Assembly (NCBI GenBank): GCA_964505155.1
Contig: CAZDGL010000002.1
Location: forward strand, 26,064-90,063
From: an uncultured Candidatus Saccharibacteria bacterium
Lineage (GTDB): Bacteria; Patescibacteriota; Minisyncoccia; Phycocordibacterales; UBA9973
Reading direction: 5' to 3'
Length of the DNA: 64,000 bases
The translations under genes were made by a program, and so were the position numbers. Numbering within the stretch: position 1 is the stretch's first letter; every line of letters starts with the position of its first letter. The notes beneath the pieces were generated by a model. The model saw only the letters and a program-made list of their open reading frames with translations, was not told the origin of the DNA and ran no database searches. Below, piece after piece: positions 1 through 10,382 of the stretch.

Positions 1-513
1 AACAGTCACAGTGTCTCCACCAGTTCGCCCTGGCATGCGCATCCCCATAACAACACGTCCTCCAGCACGTCCTGGTCCTCCACCTGAAGAACCTCGCTCT
101 CTTTCTGAGTGCTTCTGACCGTGAGATCTTGGTCCTCCCTTGAAATTGTATCTTTTAACAACACCCTGGAAACCTTTTGCTTTTGAAGTTCCAGTTACAG
201 TCACATCATCACCTTTTGCAAAAGATGCTACTGTCACTTCTTGCCCTGCTTCAGCAGAAAGAGCTTCTTCAGAACGAGCTTCAGCTACTATTTTGTAAGC
301 TTTGCCTCCTAGAGAACCAAGCTCTGCTTTTGATACACGAGAAGTCTTTTGGTCTTCTGAACCCAAAACAACAGCATTGTAGCCATCACTTTCGAGAGTT
401 TTAACGCGTGCCACAGTGTTTGGCATAGCTACGATAGCTGTCACAGGAGTAACAACCCCTTTATCATCAAAGAGTTGTGTCATTTTTAATTTTCTTCCTA
501 GGATGTATTTCAT
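1..513 (-). CDS. rplC: 50S ribosomal protein L3 (5' part; runs off window start)
   Basis: Manual translation from ATG at 513: MKYILGRKLKMTQLF...GTSKAKGFQGVVKRYNFKGGPRSHG...GMRMPGRTGG, characteristic L3 motifs. Confidence 0.97.
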   Translation of the reverse strand, partial: MKYILGRKLKMTQLFDDKGVVTPVTAIVAMPNTVARVKTLESDGYNAVVLGSEDQKTSRVSKAELGSLGGKAYKIVAEARSEEALSAEAGQEVTVASFAKGDDVTVTGTSKAKGFQGVVKRYNFKGGPRSHGQKHSERERGSSGGGPGRAGGRVVMGMRMPGRTGGDTVTV

Positions 514-631
514 AATGTTCTTGTCAGCCTTGGGCTGATATTGGACCATTTGTAAGCTTTTTAGGGCTATTTAATTGGTCCACAGATTATACACGAGTAT
601 CTATTTTGTGCAAGTCGGACATTAAGACAGT

Positions 632-655
632 AAAAAAGCCCCTTATTAGGGGCTT
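632..655 (-). terminator. Intrinsic terminator of orphan 678-1295
   Basis: aagcccct-tatt-aggggctt hairpin with A-run on + (U-run on -). Confidence 0.75.
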
Positions 656-677
656 AAATAAATTTCATAATTAAGAA

Positions 678-1295
678 TTATTTTGCTGAAATCTCAGGCA
701 TTGCAGGTAGAGATATGGCATCAAGTATTTTTTTAGAAAATTCATCTAAAACTGTTGCGTCATCTCTCTTATCACTGGCTTTCTTTTTGAAATGTTCAGA
801 CCTTTCTCTGATTTTTTGCTTAAAAAATTCAACCCATTTATGTACTGACCACTGTGACAATACAGCTAATACTCTCTGGTATTCAGATTTTAGTTGTTCT
901 TCGCTTATATAGACATCTATTGTGTCTATTTCTGCCCAGTCAGTAAAATCTAAATAAGGGCTATTAGGCCTTTTAGAGTGATGGCTAAATTGAACTATCC
1001 TATCACTACCGAGATATATGTAGCCCCACATTCTTTTTGGAATACCCAGACACTCATCTTTTTGGTTAACCTCAAATGATACTTTAATTTCAAACTGCTT
1101 AAGCTCACTTAGAGCCTCCAGGACATTTTTGTAGATTGTCTCTCTTCTTCCATCAGGATCATCAATCTTTTTTGTTGGTTCGCACATTATCGGCCATTTC
1201 AACATTTTTTTCTCAAAAGGAACTCCGGGGCTAAGTAAGCCATCAGTACCATGATTCTTAATAAGGATTAAAGAAGGTTTCTGCTTGTTTTCCAT
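678..1295 (-). CDS. Hypothetical protein (orphan cassette)
   Basis: 205-aa ORF, own TTGACT promoter near 1340-1366 and downstream hairpin; no recognisable motif. Confidence 0.8.
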   Translation of the reverse strand: MENKQKPSLILIKNHGTDGLLSPGVPFEKKMLKWPIMCEPTKKIDDPDGRRETIYKNVLEALSELKQFEIKVSFEVNQKDECLGIPKRMWGYIYLGSDRIVQFSHHSKRPNSPYLDFTDWAEIDTIDVYISEEQLKSEYQRVLAVLSQWSVHKWVEFFKQKIRERSEHFKKKASDKRDDATVLDEFSKKILDAISLPAMPEISAK

Positions 1296-1402
1296 CTTTT
1301 AAAGTTTTAAGTGAACAAAATAGTTTAATTCTTATAACACCCTATCATCCAACTTAACAAAGTCAAGTAAAAAGAAAATCCCCTGAAAGGGGATTTGAAT
1401 GA

Positions 1403-1948
1403 TTAATTAGTTTTTGAAATTTCTGGTAGCTGAAGAGTAGGTAATCCAGCAAAGCAGGCCATGGCCTGCAAGCCCTTGAAGAATAACTCTACCTCACGAG
1501 AAGTATTTACGGTTTCTTTCCATTCCCCACTCTTTCCCTCTACATTAATTTGAAAAACGGTTGTTTCGGGATCAGTAGGAACAATTACTGGATCAACAAC
1601 TACTTTTGGTAGAGTCTTAGGCGCTTGCGTTGAACCACCCCACCGTGAATTAAAATCTCTAAAAAATGGCCAGTCGTTACTAATATCTGATTCGAGAAGA
1701 AAATCGCAAAGTTCTAAATACCCTTTTTCGCCTGTACCGCGATACATGAATACTTTTAATGAATCGGTCTCAAGTACCTCTTTCAAAGATTTCCCTTTAA
1801 AGTAATTGTCAGAACTAGGAGAGATCATTGAACTCAGAAGTGCATTATATATTCTTGTTAGACTGTAATTGCCCTTACTTTTTGAAATAATCAGAACCTC
1901 TTTGAGAAAAGTATCAAATGGCTGATTCAAATCTATTTTCTTTTTCAT
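1403..1948 (-). CDS. Hypothetical protein with RNA polymerase alpha-CTD-like segment
   Basis: SLTRIYNALL...SLKEVLETDSLKVFMYRGTGEKGYLELCDFL resembles alpha-CTD pattern LSxRxxNxL...RNLGxKSxxEI; promoter TTGACA-16-TAAAAT near 1967-1994; hairpin 1375-1396. Confidence 0.65.
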   Translation of the reverse strand: MKKKIDLNQPFDTFLKEVLIISKSKGNYSLTRIYNALLSSMISPSSDNYFKGKSLKEVLETDSLKVFMYRGTGEKGYLELCDFLLESDISNDWPFFRDFNSRWGGSTQAPKTLPKVVVDPVIVPTDPETTVFQINVEGKSGEWKETVNTSREVELFFKGLQAMACFAGLPTLQLPEISKTN

Positions 1949-1997
1949 TGTGCATTATTTTTATACATTTTACATATATAAATCTATTTGTCAAGCA

Positions 1998-2030
1998 AAC
2001 AAAAACTCCCCTTTTGGGGGAGTTTTTGTT
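1998..2030 (-). terminator. Intrinsic terminator after tuf-rpsJ
   Basis: aacaaaaactcccc-ttttg-ggggagtttttgtt inverted repeat. Confidence 0.85.
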
Positions 2031-2064
2031 GTTTTTATTGAAGAGTTTTCGCAATTCTAGAGAA

Positions 2065-2421
2065 CTACATCATCTTCACATCTATATCGACACCGCTTGG
2101 CATAGATAGATTTGTGAGAGCTTCGATCACCTTCGCAGAAGGATTTTCGATATCGATGAGTCGCTTGTGTACACGCATCTCAAACTGCTCACGAGCATTT
2201 TTGTAAATGAACGCAGAGCGGTTGACTGTGTACTTTTTGATCTCTGTCGGAAGTGGTATAGGACCACGCACCTTAGCATCATAGCGAGTAGCAGTATCAA
2301 TGATTTGCTTGGTACTAACATCGAGAATCTTATTCTCATATGCTCGGACACGTATGCGAAGCATTGAAGCCACCTCATCTTTTGTAGCAGTCTTTTTTGT
2401 TACTTTTTTTGTAGTAGCCAT
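2065..2421 (-). CDS. rpsJ: 30S ribosomal protein S10
   Basis: LRIRVRAYE...GPIPLPT...REQFEMRVHKRLIDI. Confidence 0.98.
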   Translation of the reverse strand: MATTKKVTKKTATKDEVASMLRIRVRAYENKILDVSTKQIIDTATRYDAKVRGPIPLPTEIKKYTVNRSAFIYKNAREQFEMRVHKRLIDIENPSAKVIEALTNLSMPSGVDIDVKMM

Positions 2422-2455
2422 AGTATTTTTTTCAGAAAGAGCAGTTAAGCTTAGT

Positions 2456-3649
2456 TTAGGCGATTATTTTTGTAACAACACCTGCACCAACTGTTCGGCC
2501 TCCTTCTCGGATAGCAAAGCGCATTTGCTCTTCCATCGCTACAGGAGCAACGAGCTCTACTTCAACCTTTACAGTGTCTCCTGGCATAACCATTTCTACA
2601 CCTGCTGGAAGAGTCACAGAACCAGTCACGTCTGTTGTACGAACGTAGAACTGAGGCTTGTAACCATTCATAAATGGAGTGTGTCGTCCACCTTCTTCTT
2701 TCTTAAGAACGTATACTTCACCTTCAAACTTTGTGTGAGGCTTCACAGAACCAGTCTTTGAAAGCACTTGTCCACGAGTAAGCTCTTCTTTTTTAACACC
2801 ACGGAGAAGGATACCTGCGTTGTCTCCAGCTTGACCTTGATCGAGTTGTTTGTTGAACATTTCGATACCAGTCACAGTTGTCTTCATAGTATCTTTGATA
2901 CCCACGATTTCAACTTCTTCACCAACCTTTACGATACCTCGCTCGATACGACCTGTAACCACAGTTCCACGTCCTTCGATAGAGAAAATGTCTTCGATAG
3001 GCATAAGGAATGGCTTGTCGAGATCACGAACTGGCATAGGGATGTATTCGTCGAGAGCCTTTGTAAGCTCAAGAACTTTTTGTGCCCATGGATCATCGAT
3101 AGAAGTAGATTCTAGCCCCTTGAGACCTGATCCACGAATAACAGGACAATCCTTGTCAAAACCTTGTTTTCCAAGGATTTCACGGATTTCTTCCTCAACG
3201 AGGTCAATCATTTCTGGGTCATCCACCATGTCGCACTTGTTTAGAAATACGATCATTTTTGGAACACCAACTTGTTTTGCAAGCAAAACGTGCTCACGAG
3301 TCTGAGGCATCGCTCCGTCTGTCGCTGCCACCACAAGGATAGCACCGTCCATTTGAGCGGCACCAGTAATCATGTTCTTGATGTAGTCCGCGTGACCTGG
3401 AGCATCAATGTGAGCATAGTGACGATTTGCTGTCGAATACTCGTTGTGAGAAATGTTGATTGTAATTCCACGTGCCTTTTCTTCAGGCGCTCCGTCGATT
3501 TCATCAACTCCTTTTAATTTAACTTGGTCCCCGTTCATAGAAAGAACGTGGAGGATAGCCGCTGTAAGAGTAGTCTTTCCGTGGTCAACGTGACCAATTG
3601 TTCCTACGTTTACGTGTGGCTTTGAACGATCAAATGTATCTGCTGCCAT
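2456..3649 (-). CDS. tuf: Elongation factor Tu
   Basis: [33 protein letters not shown] motifs. Confidence 0.99.
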   Translation of the reverse strand: MAADTFDRSKPHVNVGTIGHVDHGKTTLTAAILHVLSMNGDQVKLKGVDEIDGAPEEKARGITINISHNEYSTANRHYAHIDAPGHADYIKNMITGAAQMDGAILVVAATDGAMPQTREHVLLAKQVGVPKMIVFLNKCDMVDDPEMIDLVEEEIREILGKQGFDKDCPVIRGSGLKGLESTSIDDPWAQKVLELTKALDEYIPMPVRDLDKPFLMPIEDIFSIEGRGTVVTGRIERGIVKVGEEVEIVGIKDTMKTTVTGIEMFNKQLDQGQAGDNAGILLRGVKKEELTRGQVLSKTGSVKPHTKFEGEVYVLKKEEGGRHTPFMNGYKPQFYVRTTDVTGSVTLPAGVEMVMPGDTVKVEVELVAPVAMEEQMRFAIREGGRTVGAGVVTKIIA

Positions 3650-3838
3650 AATAATGAACTAATTAATTAATTTTGATAAATAAACTCTCGCAAATAAAAA
3701 CAAAACGCAACCATGCGATTGTGACCTATCATAGCATTTGGGCAGATATTGTCAATCCGGTAATGAGATTCTCTACTAACAGATCAAATAAAAAAGCCCC
3801 AAGAAAGCTTGGGGGTGAATTAAATAACAAATTCTAAG

Positions 3839-4264
3839 TCAGGCAATTTTCAAATGATCTATTTTGAGGTCAGTGACAGAGCCCTGTTCCAGGAACAATT
3901 CTGGAATTTCGTAATGACTACAGAATTCTTCAAAAAAGTCAGATAATGCTTCGTTTTTTACCACAGAAAGAACCTTGTTTTGTACAAAACCATCCTTACC
4001 TTCAGGACTTATATTTGCGCTCAAGAGTGCAAATATAGGTGTTTTCTGATCTTCAACAAAAAGGTTGATTATCATCGAGCCTTTTTGGCTAATCAGGCAA
4101 AACCTCATATCTAAACCTTTGAAAGAAGCAGGTAAAACAAGTAAGTCTCCTACTCCTCCCTTGATCTTTTCATGAGAGTAGTCAGTTTTGAACTTGTGAT
4201 GGGCAAATTTGAAAAGGGCTGCGGCCAAATATCTTTCGCCTTTGTTTAGTAAGTGTTTTGACAT
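3839..4264 (-). CDS. Hypothetical protein (orphan cassette)
   Basis: ORF with ATG at 4264 downstream of a TTGACA promoter (~4286-4314); hairpin ~3792-3816. Confidence 0.75.
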   Translation of the reverse strand: MSKHLLNKGERYLAAALFKFAHHKFKTDYSHEKIKGGVGDLLVLPASFKGLDMRFCLISQKGSMIINLFVEDQKTPIFALLSANISPEGKDGFVQNKVLSVVKNEALSDFFEEFCSHYEIPELFLEQGSVTDLKIDHLKIA

Positions 4265-4326
4265 AATATAAAAGATTTTTAATGAAATTAACACGATAAG
4301 AGCGTTTTGTCAAAAAAAATCGCTGT

Positions 4327-4986
4327 TTAGGCGATTTTTGATAAAACATTTTCTACATAATCCTCTGGAGATAATTCTTTCTGCCAGTCCGGGTCTTCAC
4401 CTATAGTTTCTGAGGTAAAAGACTTTTTTGCACTTTCTGTACCTATCCTACCGGGTTCCTCCAAAATGACTTGCTTGAAAATATTTTGTTCTTGTAAGTC
4501 TTTAGCGAGCTCTGAGACCTTCATCATACTCCTCACATAACCTTCTTCGCCTTTGCGAAATGGGTGGTTTTCGTCAAAATGAGCAGCGTGTGAACTAATA
4601 ATAATAAGAACGGTTTCCTTAAGACTTTTTTCAAAGACTTGTTTAAAGGCATTGAGTGCTACTTTTTTAGTCAAAAAATTATCTTTTGAAAGCTCGGCAA
4701 TGGCTTTTTCTTCACTTTCAAAATCCTTATCCCAAGCAAATCTACCGGCAGACAAAACTATAAGATCAACATGGTCTCGAACATCTTTTATCTCCTTCAA
4801 AAAATTGATAAAAGATTCTTCATTTTCCATATTTATCTCTTTTGCAAAGAAGTTGCCATGAAGACCTGTAATCTTGGTAATATTCCTAACTGGCAAAAAC
4901 AAATCATAACTTTTTTTCTCTAAAACTTTAGCAAATGCCCCGCCTATCCCTCCTGTAACACCTGTGATTAAAGCTGTTTTTTTCAT
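4327..4986 (-). CDS. SDR family NAD(P)-dependent oxidoreductase
   Basis: ALITGVTGGIG Rossmann motif, DLIVLSAG, Y-x3-(M)K-like region. Confidence 0.85.
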   Translation of the reverse strand: MKKTALITGVTGGIGGAFAKVLEKKSYDLFLPVRNITKITGLHGNFFAKEINMENEESFINFLKEIKDVRDHVDLIVLSAGRFAWDKDFESEEKAIAELSKDNFLTKKVALNAFKQVFEKSLKETVLIIISSHAAHFDENHPFRKGEEGYVRSMMKVSELAKDLQEQNIFKQVILEEPGRIGTESAKKSFTSETIGEDPDWQKELSPEDYVENVLSKIA

Positions 4987-5057
4987 AATGTTCATTCTAC
5001 TCTTACCTCAGGACAAAAACAAAATCCGCTCTTTTTAAATTAAGCGGATTGATTGGT

Positions 5058-5252
5058 TTAATCTTCAAGTGATGACAACGCAAAGTTGGTAGCTCTTTCT
5101 CCGGAGACATCTCTGTCTGCCTTGGGTTCAGGGTTTTTGTTCTCTGGTATAACTGACCCCCTATTAACCTCGTTGTGCACGATTGGATGTGGGAATCCAA
5201 AATATGTTTGACCACCAACGATATACACCTTTGGCTTTTCTTTATTTTTCAT
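5058..5252 (-). CDS. Small hypothetical protein
   Basis: 64-aa ORF with TATACT just upstream and hairpin ~5024-5052 downstream. Confidence 0.55.
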   Translation of the reverse strand: MKNKEKPKVYIVGGQTYFGFPHPIVHNEVNRGSVIPENKNPEPKADRDVSGERATNFALSSLED

Positions 5253-5304
5253 ATTTTTTCTTTAGTATAGCAAAAATCCCCAACATTGGGGATTTTTGAA
5301 TTTA

Positions 5305-7446
5305 TTAACTTCTTGATTTGATAATAGTGTCCGCGACGTTCTGAGGCACGATATCGTAACGCAAGAACTCCATGGTAAAACCAGCGCGTCCTTCAGTCAT
5401 AGAGCGAAGTGTTGTCATGTAACCAAACATTTCTGAAAGTGGCACCACAGCACTTACTGCTTGGTTGAGACCTCTTGTTTCCATACCTTCGATAAGACCT
5501 CGACGAGATGAGAGAGAGCCATTGACGTCTCCCATGAACTTGTCAGGAGTTACAACCTCTACCTTCATCATCGGCTCAAGGATCACAGGGCGAGCTGCCT
5601 TACATGCGTCTTGGATAGCCATAGAAGAAGCAATCTTGAACGCCATTTCGTTTGAGTCGACTTCGTGGAAGCTTCCATCATAAAGATCCACAGACACGTT
5701 CTCCATTTTAAACCCAGCCAAGATACCTCGATCGAGACCTTCTTTGAGACCTTTTTCGATAGCTGGGATGAATTCTCCTGGAATAGCTCCTCCTTTGATG
5801 TTGTTGATAAATTCAAATCCACTACTTCTCTTTGTGTTCTTTGGAAGATCTTTTTCATCCACAGACTGATCCATAGGTTTGATTTTGATTTTTACGTGAC
5901 CGTAGTTACCCTTACCACCGGATTGCTTGATGTATTTACCTTCTGCTTGTGCTTCACCAGTAATAGTTTCTCGGTAGGCTACTTGTGGTTTACCTACATT
6001 TGCCTCCACACCGAATTCTCGCTTCATACGATCCACGATAATTTCAAGGTGAAGTTCCCCCATACCTGCGATGATGGTTTCTTCTGTTTCTGGATCAGTA
6101 GAGACTTTGAAGGTTGGATCTTCATCAGCAAGCTTATTGAGAGCAAGACCCATTTTTTCTTGGTCAGCTTTTGTTTTTGGCTCAATACGAAGGTTGATAA
6201 CAGGCTCTGGGAACTTGATACGATCAAGTGCCACAGGATTTTTCTCATCACAGAGAGTGTCGGAAGTCTTGGTGTCTTTAAGTCCTACAGCAGCTGCGAT
6301 TTCTCCAGCAAAAACTTTCTTCACTTCTTCACGTTGATCGGCTTGCATACGCACGATACGAGAGAGACGTTCTTTGTTGCCAGTACGAGGATTGTAAACA
6401 TAAGAACCAGATTCGATAGTTCCAGAATAAACACGGAAAAAGACTAGCTGACCAACGAACGGATCCACCATACTCTTGAAAGCAAGAGCAGAAAACGGAG
6501 CATTGTCGTCTGCTGGAAGAGCAACTGCCTCTTCGGTATCTGGGTTGGTTCCAGTAACAGCCTTGATGTCTGTTGGAGCTGGTAGATAGTCCACCACAGC
6601 GTCAAGCACTAGCTGAACACCTTTGTTTTTCAAAGCACTTCCGGCATATACAGGGAAAATAGCGTTGGCGATGACAGCTTTTCGAAGTGTTTTCTTGAGT
6701 TCTGGTAGTGTTGGAACAGTCCCTTCTAGATAAGCTGACATTTGATCATCATCATTTTCTACGATACGTTCGATAAGCTCATCGTGATATTTTTGTGCAT
6801 CTGCCATCATGTCAGCTGGGATTTCTTTTTGAACTACTTTATTACCCATGTCGCCTTCAAAATAGTAAGCTTTCATTTCTAGAAGATCTACTACTCCTTC
6901 GTGCTTATCTTCAAGACCGATAGGGATTTGTACACGTACTGCTTTTTTAGAGAGTCGGTCGAGAATAGTTTTGTATGAGTGCTCAAATGAAGCACCAGTT
7001 CGGTCGAGCTTGTTTACAAAACAAATGCGGGGTACATTGGCTTCATCAGCATAACGCCAGTTGGTTTCTGATTGTGGCTCTACTCCAGCTACACCATCAA
7101 ACACCACCACAGCACCATCAAGCACACGAAGACTTCTCTTCACCTCAACAGTAAAGTCGATGTGTCCAGGAGTATCGATAATGTTAAATCTGTAAGAGTT
7201 CTTTTTGTCACCACCTGAATATGTCGGAATCCAGTTACAAGTCACAGCAGCAGCAGTGATAGTAATACCACGCTCACGCTCTTGTTCCATCCAGTCTGTA
7301 GTAGTCTCACCATCGTGCACCTCTCCTATCTTGTGGCTCATACCTGTATAGTAAAGGACGCGCTCTGAAGTGGTTGTCTTACCCGCATCAATATGGGCAA
7401 TGATTCCAAAGTTTCTTGTTCGCTCTAATGAATATTCTCGTTCCAT
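5305..7446 (-). CDS. fusA: Elongation factor G
   Basis: [33 protein letters not shown]. Confidence 0.99.
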   Translation of the reverse strand: MEREYSLERTRNFGIIAHIDAGKTTTSERVLYYTGMSHKIGEVHDGETTTDWMEQERERGITITAAAVTCNWIPTYSGGDKKNSYRFNIIDTPGHIDFTVEVKRSLRVLDGAVVVFDGVAGVEPQSETNWRYADEANVPRICFVNKLDRTGASFEHSYKTILDRLSKKAVRVQIPIGLEDKHEGVVDLLEMKAYYFEGDMGNKVVQKEIPADMMADAQKYHDELIERIVENDDDQMSAYLEGTVPTLPELKKTLRKAVIANAIFPVYAGSALKNKGVQLVLDAVVDYLPAPTDIKAVTGTNPDTEEAVALPADDNAPFSALAFKSMVDPFVGQLVFFRVYSGTIESGSYVYNPRTGNKERLSRIVRMQADQREEVKKVFAGEIAAAVGLKDTKTSDTLCDEKNPVALDRIKFPEPVINLRIEPKTKADQEKMGLALNKLADEDPTFKVSTDPETEETIIAGMGELHLEIIVDRMKREFGVEANVGKPQVAYRETITGEAQAEGKYIKQSGGKGNYGHVKIKIKPMDQSVDEKDLPKNTKRSSGFEFINNIKGGAIPGEFIPAIEKGLKEGLDRGILAGFKMENVSVDLYDGSFHEVDSNEMAFKIASSMAIQDACKAARPVILEPMMKVEVVTPDKFMGDVNGSLSSRRGLIEGMETRGLNQAVSAVVPLSEMFGYMTTLRSMTEGRAGFTMEFLRYDIVPQNVADTIIKSRS

Positions 7447-7711
7447 AAATTATTAATATTTGTTGTGTAAATTATAATTAAAAATAGAGCCCGACCGGGA
7501 CCTGCTTTTAGTGCAAATACTATACGATTAAACGATTATTTTTGCAACAAAAAACCCCGGTAGAAACCGGGGTTTTAATGAGACCAACTGCTTCTGTAAA
7601 GCCTCATTAAACCAAAACCAAATCCTTATGAGAACCTGTGTAAAGACTACCATAGCATAAATAAAAAACAAGCCCTAGCTGATAGTGTCAGCGAGGGCTT
7701 GTTTTTTGGGC

Positions 7712-8182
7712 TTACCAAGCAAAGTGAGCAAAAGCTTTGTTGGATTCTGCCATTTTGTGAGTATCCTTTTTCTTCTTAACAGCATTTCCTTCCCCTTTTG
7801 AAGCTTGGATAAACTCTTCAGCCAAAGCGTTGGCAATAGTGATGCCTTTGCGAGCTCGAGCGCTTTCGATGATCCATCTCATCGCTAGAGCAAGTCGGCG
7901 CTCATTGCGTACTTCTCTTGGAACTTGGTAGTTAGCTCCTCCAATACGTCGAGAACGTACTTCTACAAGTGGTCCTGCATTCTTGATAGCATTTTCAAAT
8001 ACTTCCATCGGATCTTCTACGCCTTCTTTTTCCTTCACGATATCTAGAGCATCATAAACCGCACTGCGAGCAGTGTTTTTCTTACCATCCCACATGATGC
8101 AGTTGATAAACTTCTCCAGCTTGAGTGAACCAAACTTGATATCAGGAGAAACCATATTTCTGTTTTTTACTGGTCTTCGCAT
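7712..8182 (-). CDS. rpsG: 30S ribosomal protein S7
   Basis: EVRSRRIGGANYQVP, HKMAESNKAFAHF. Confidence 0.99.
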   Translation of the reverse strand: MRRPVKNRNMVSPDIKFGSLKLEKFINCIMWDGKKNTARSAVYDALDIVKEKEGVEDPMEVFENAIKNAGPLVEVRSRRIGGANYQVPREVRNERRLALAMRWIIESARARKGITIANALAEEFIQASKGEGNAVKKKKDTHKMAESNKAFAHFAW

Positions 8183-8188
8183 AAAATT

Positions 8189-8611
8189 TTATTTCTTAGC
8201 TGCCTTAGGACGCTTTGTTCCATAAGCACTTCTACTCTTTCGACGCTTTTCGATACCTTGAGTATCAAGCACTCCACGAACTATGTGGTATCTCACTCCG
8301 ATCAAGTCCTTCACGCGACCACCACGGAGCATAACCACTGAGTGCTCTTGTAGATTGTGCCCTTCTCCTGGGATATAAGCTGTTACTTCTGTACCGTTTG
8401 TAAGTCTTACACGAGCAATCTTTCGAACCGCTGAGTTAGGCTTCTTTGGAGTAGTAGTAGATACCTTTACGCAAACTCCTCTCTTAAATGGAGATGGGTA
8501 AAATACTGGGCGGTTTTTGATGTGGTTCATGCCACGAGAAAGAGCCACAGCTTTGCTTTTGCGTGGAGCCTTTGATCTTGGCTTTTTTATAAGTTGGTTT
8601 ATTGTTGCCAT
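8189..8611 (-). CDS. rpsL: 30S ribosomal protein S12
   Basis: MATINQL...[11 protein letters not shown]...GGRVKDL; start moved to ATG 8611 behind a TAGGAT -10 box. Confidence 0.99.
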   Translation of the reverse strand: MATINQLIKKPRSKAPRKSKAVALSRGMNHIKNRPVFYPSPFKRGVCVKVSTTTPKKPNSAVRKIARVRLTNGTEVTAYIPGEGHNLQEHSVVMLRGGRVKDLIGVRYHIVRGVLDTQGIEKRRKSRSAYGTKRPKAAKK

Positions 8612-8654
8612 TTGTCCCGCTATCCTACTATAGTTCTCAAGTAAACGCAAGCCC

Positions 8655-9305
8655 CTAGCTCAGTGTTATCCCCGTCAGAAGGGTAAAAATCTTAAAAGCC
8701 AGAGGAGCTACAAACTTCCAACCCCAAAATAAGAATATGATGAGTATCGGCAAAGAATACTTTTCCAAAGCACGCATTTGTCTTTCATATTTAAAAGGCA
8801 AAATAGCCCCAAGGAAACGAAAACCATCAAGTGGAGCGATAGGGATAGCATTGAAAAGCGCCAAAACTATATTGACTAGTACAACGATGCTTGCGATTTC
8901 AAAAAAACCAGTAGAGTAGATATGAGCAAATGGAGCAAGACGAATAAGAAGTCCGAAAAATATCGCAATAGAGAGGTTGACCACAATCCCAGCGATAGCA
9001 ACTATCGCTACACTTTTTTTACCCCTTTTTAAGTTATCTGGATTGTATGGCACTGGCTTGGCCCAACCAACGACAAAACCGGCCTTGGAGAGAATAAGTA
9101 CCAAAGGCAGTATCACAGAGCCAAACCATTCTATGTGCTTCAGTGGGTTAAGTGTGATGCGCCCAAGCATTCGAGCTGTCGGATCCCCTTCTCGCTCAGC
9201 CGCGATGCCGTGCGCTACTTCATGCACGATGATGGAGATGATGAGAACTAGGAAATAAAATATAGAAAGTGAACCAGTCATAAAAGTAGTTATTAATATT
9301 TCCAT
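8655..9305 (-). CDS. Site-2 protease (M50 family) intramembrane metalloprotease
   Basis: HEVAH and [11 protein letters not shown] motifs, multiple TM segments; start may be 9281. Confidence 0.93.
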   Translation of the reverse strand: MEILITTFMTGSLSIFYFLVLIISIIVHEVAHGIAAEREGDPTARMLGRITLNPLKHIEWFGSVILPLVLILSKAGFVVGWAKPVPYNPDNLKRGKKSVAIVAIAGIVVNLSIAIFFGLLIRLAPFAHIYSTGFFEIASIVVLVNIVLALFNAIPIAPLDGFRFLGAILPFKYERQMRALEKYSLPILIIFLFWGWKFVAPLAFKIFTLLTGITLS

Positions 9306-9333
9306 ATTATAACATTGTTTTTTATATCAAATC

Positions 9334-9436
9334 AGAATGCTCATATTATAAGTATGTCCTATCGCAGACTGACTGAGCCGAGGTGAGAGAAAATCAGTAG
9401 ATTTTAATCGTGACATACGAATAATATGAGTATTCT
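9334..9436. repeat. 103-bp element with 25-bp imperfect terminal inverted repeats (MITE-like)
   Basis: agaatgctcatattataagtatgtc (9334-9358) vs reverse complement of 9412-9436 agaatactcatattattcgtatgtc, 22/25 identical. Confidence 0.65.
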
Positions 9437-9495
9437 AATTAAGAATCTCTTAATATATTGCACAATACTATCTGCTGTGTTATTATCTCGGGACT

Positions 9496-9741
9496 ATGGC
9501 AAAAGAATGTGTAGTAACAAAAAAGAGCTCCCTCGTAGGTGGTAAATACGCCAACCGTACTCGTGCGACTGTTTTCACACCAGTAGGCTCAGTCCGCCGA
9601 TATGCAAACCTTCAAAAGAAGCGTGTTTTTGTGCCGGAACTTGGCAAAAGCGTGATAGTTACTATCTCCCCTCAAGGCCTCCGCACTATCAAGAAAAACG
9701 GTGCCTACGCCACCCTCAAAAAAGCCGGAGCGATAAAATAA
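9496..9741 (+). CDS. rpmB: 50S ribosomal protein L28
   Basis: MAKECVVTKK...RRYANLQKKRVFVPELG...ISPQGLRTIKK. Confidence 0.9.
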   Translation: MAKECVVTKKSSLVGGKYANRTRATVFTPVGSVRRYANLQKKRVFVPELGKSVIVTISPQGLRTIKKNGAYATLKKAGAIK

Positions 9742-9773
9742 TCTCCAAATAAAAATCCCCAAACGGGGATTTT

Positions 9774-10241
9774 TTAATGCCACATGTGATGTAATTCTTC
9801 AGTAAAAGGATCAAAAAATGGATGATCGTGCTCTTCTTCTGGAGGAAGAAAATCTACAAACCCTGTCCATTCTCTATCAAAACCAATAATGACAATGTCC
9901 AGACCTGCCAATTCTTTTGCTTCTTTTGCAAGATTAAAAGATTTTTTGTTTTGCGCGACAATACAGTGAAGATTTGATTTATCAAATTCAAATATCTTAC
10001 CTATCTTGGTAGATATGTAATCTTCTTGAGTAGCAAATGATATGGTTTTGTATTTTGATAAATCATAAAGTTCTGGTTGGTCGTACAGATTAACATTGTG
10101 GTCAAAAGGTATTTTGAGTTGTTTCTCAAAAAAATCATTTATTTTCCAATCTATGTAACTTTGTGGTTTTCCTCCATCACATATAGCAATAGGTTGTTGT
10201 ATCAGGGAAATAAAATAACTAAGTGGATATCTTTTATCCAT
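9774..10241 (-). CDS. Hypothetical protein (orphan cassette)
   Basis: ATG 10241 downstream of TTGACT-16-TAATAT; His/acidic C-terminus; shares hairpin ~9751-9775 with rpmB. Confidence 0.75.
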   Translation of the reverse strand: MDKRYPLSYFISLIQQPIAICDGGKPQSYIDWKINDFFEKQLKIPFDHNVNLYDQPELYDLSKYKTISFATQEDYISTKIGKIFEFDKSNLHCIVAQNKKSFNLAKEAKELAGLDIVIIGFDREWTGFVDFLPPEEEHDHPFFDPFTEELHHMWH

Positions 10242-10382
10242 AAGAATATTTTTAGAATGAACAAATTTGTTTACTAGTGTAGATATTACAAGTATTAGCA
10301 CAAAAGTCAAAAGTTTTTAGTTTGACTTATATACTACAAATGCTAGTGTAAAGAAAAATTGATCACCTTAAAAACTTATACT

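Noticed and set aside
2127-6447. Long antisense/alternate-frame ORFs over rpsJ, tuf and fusA (e.g. 5665-6447 +)
   Set aside because: Shadows of highly biased conserved genes; no motifs or expression signals.
9361-9410. Hammerhead-like words CTGACTGA...GAAA
   Set aside because: Core has an extra base and stems I/II do not pair convincingly.
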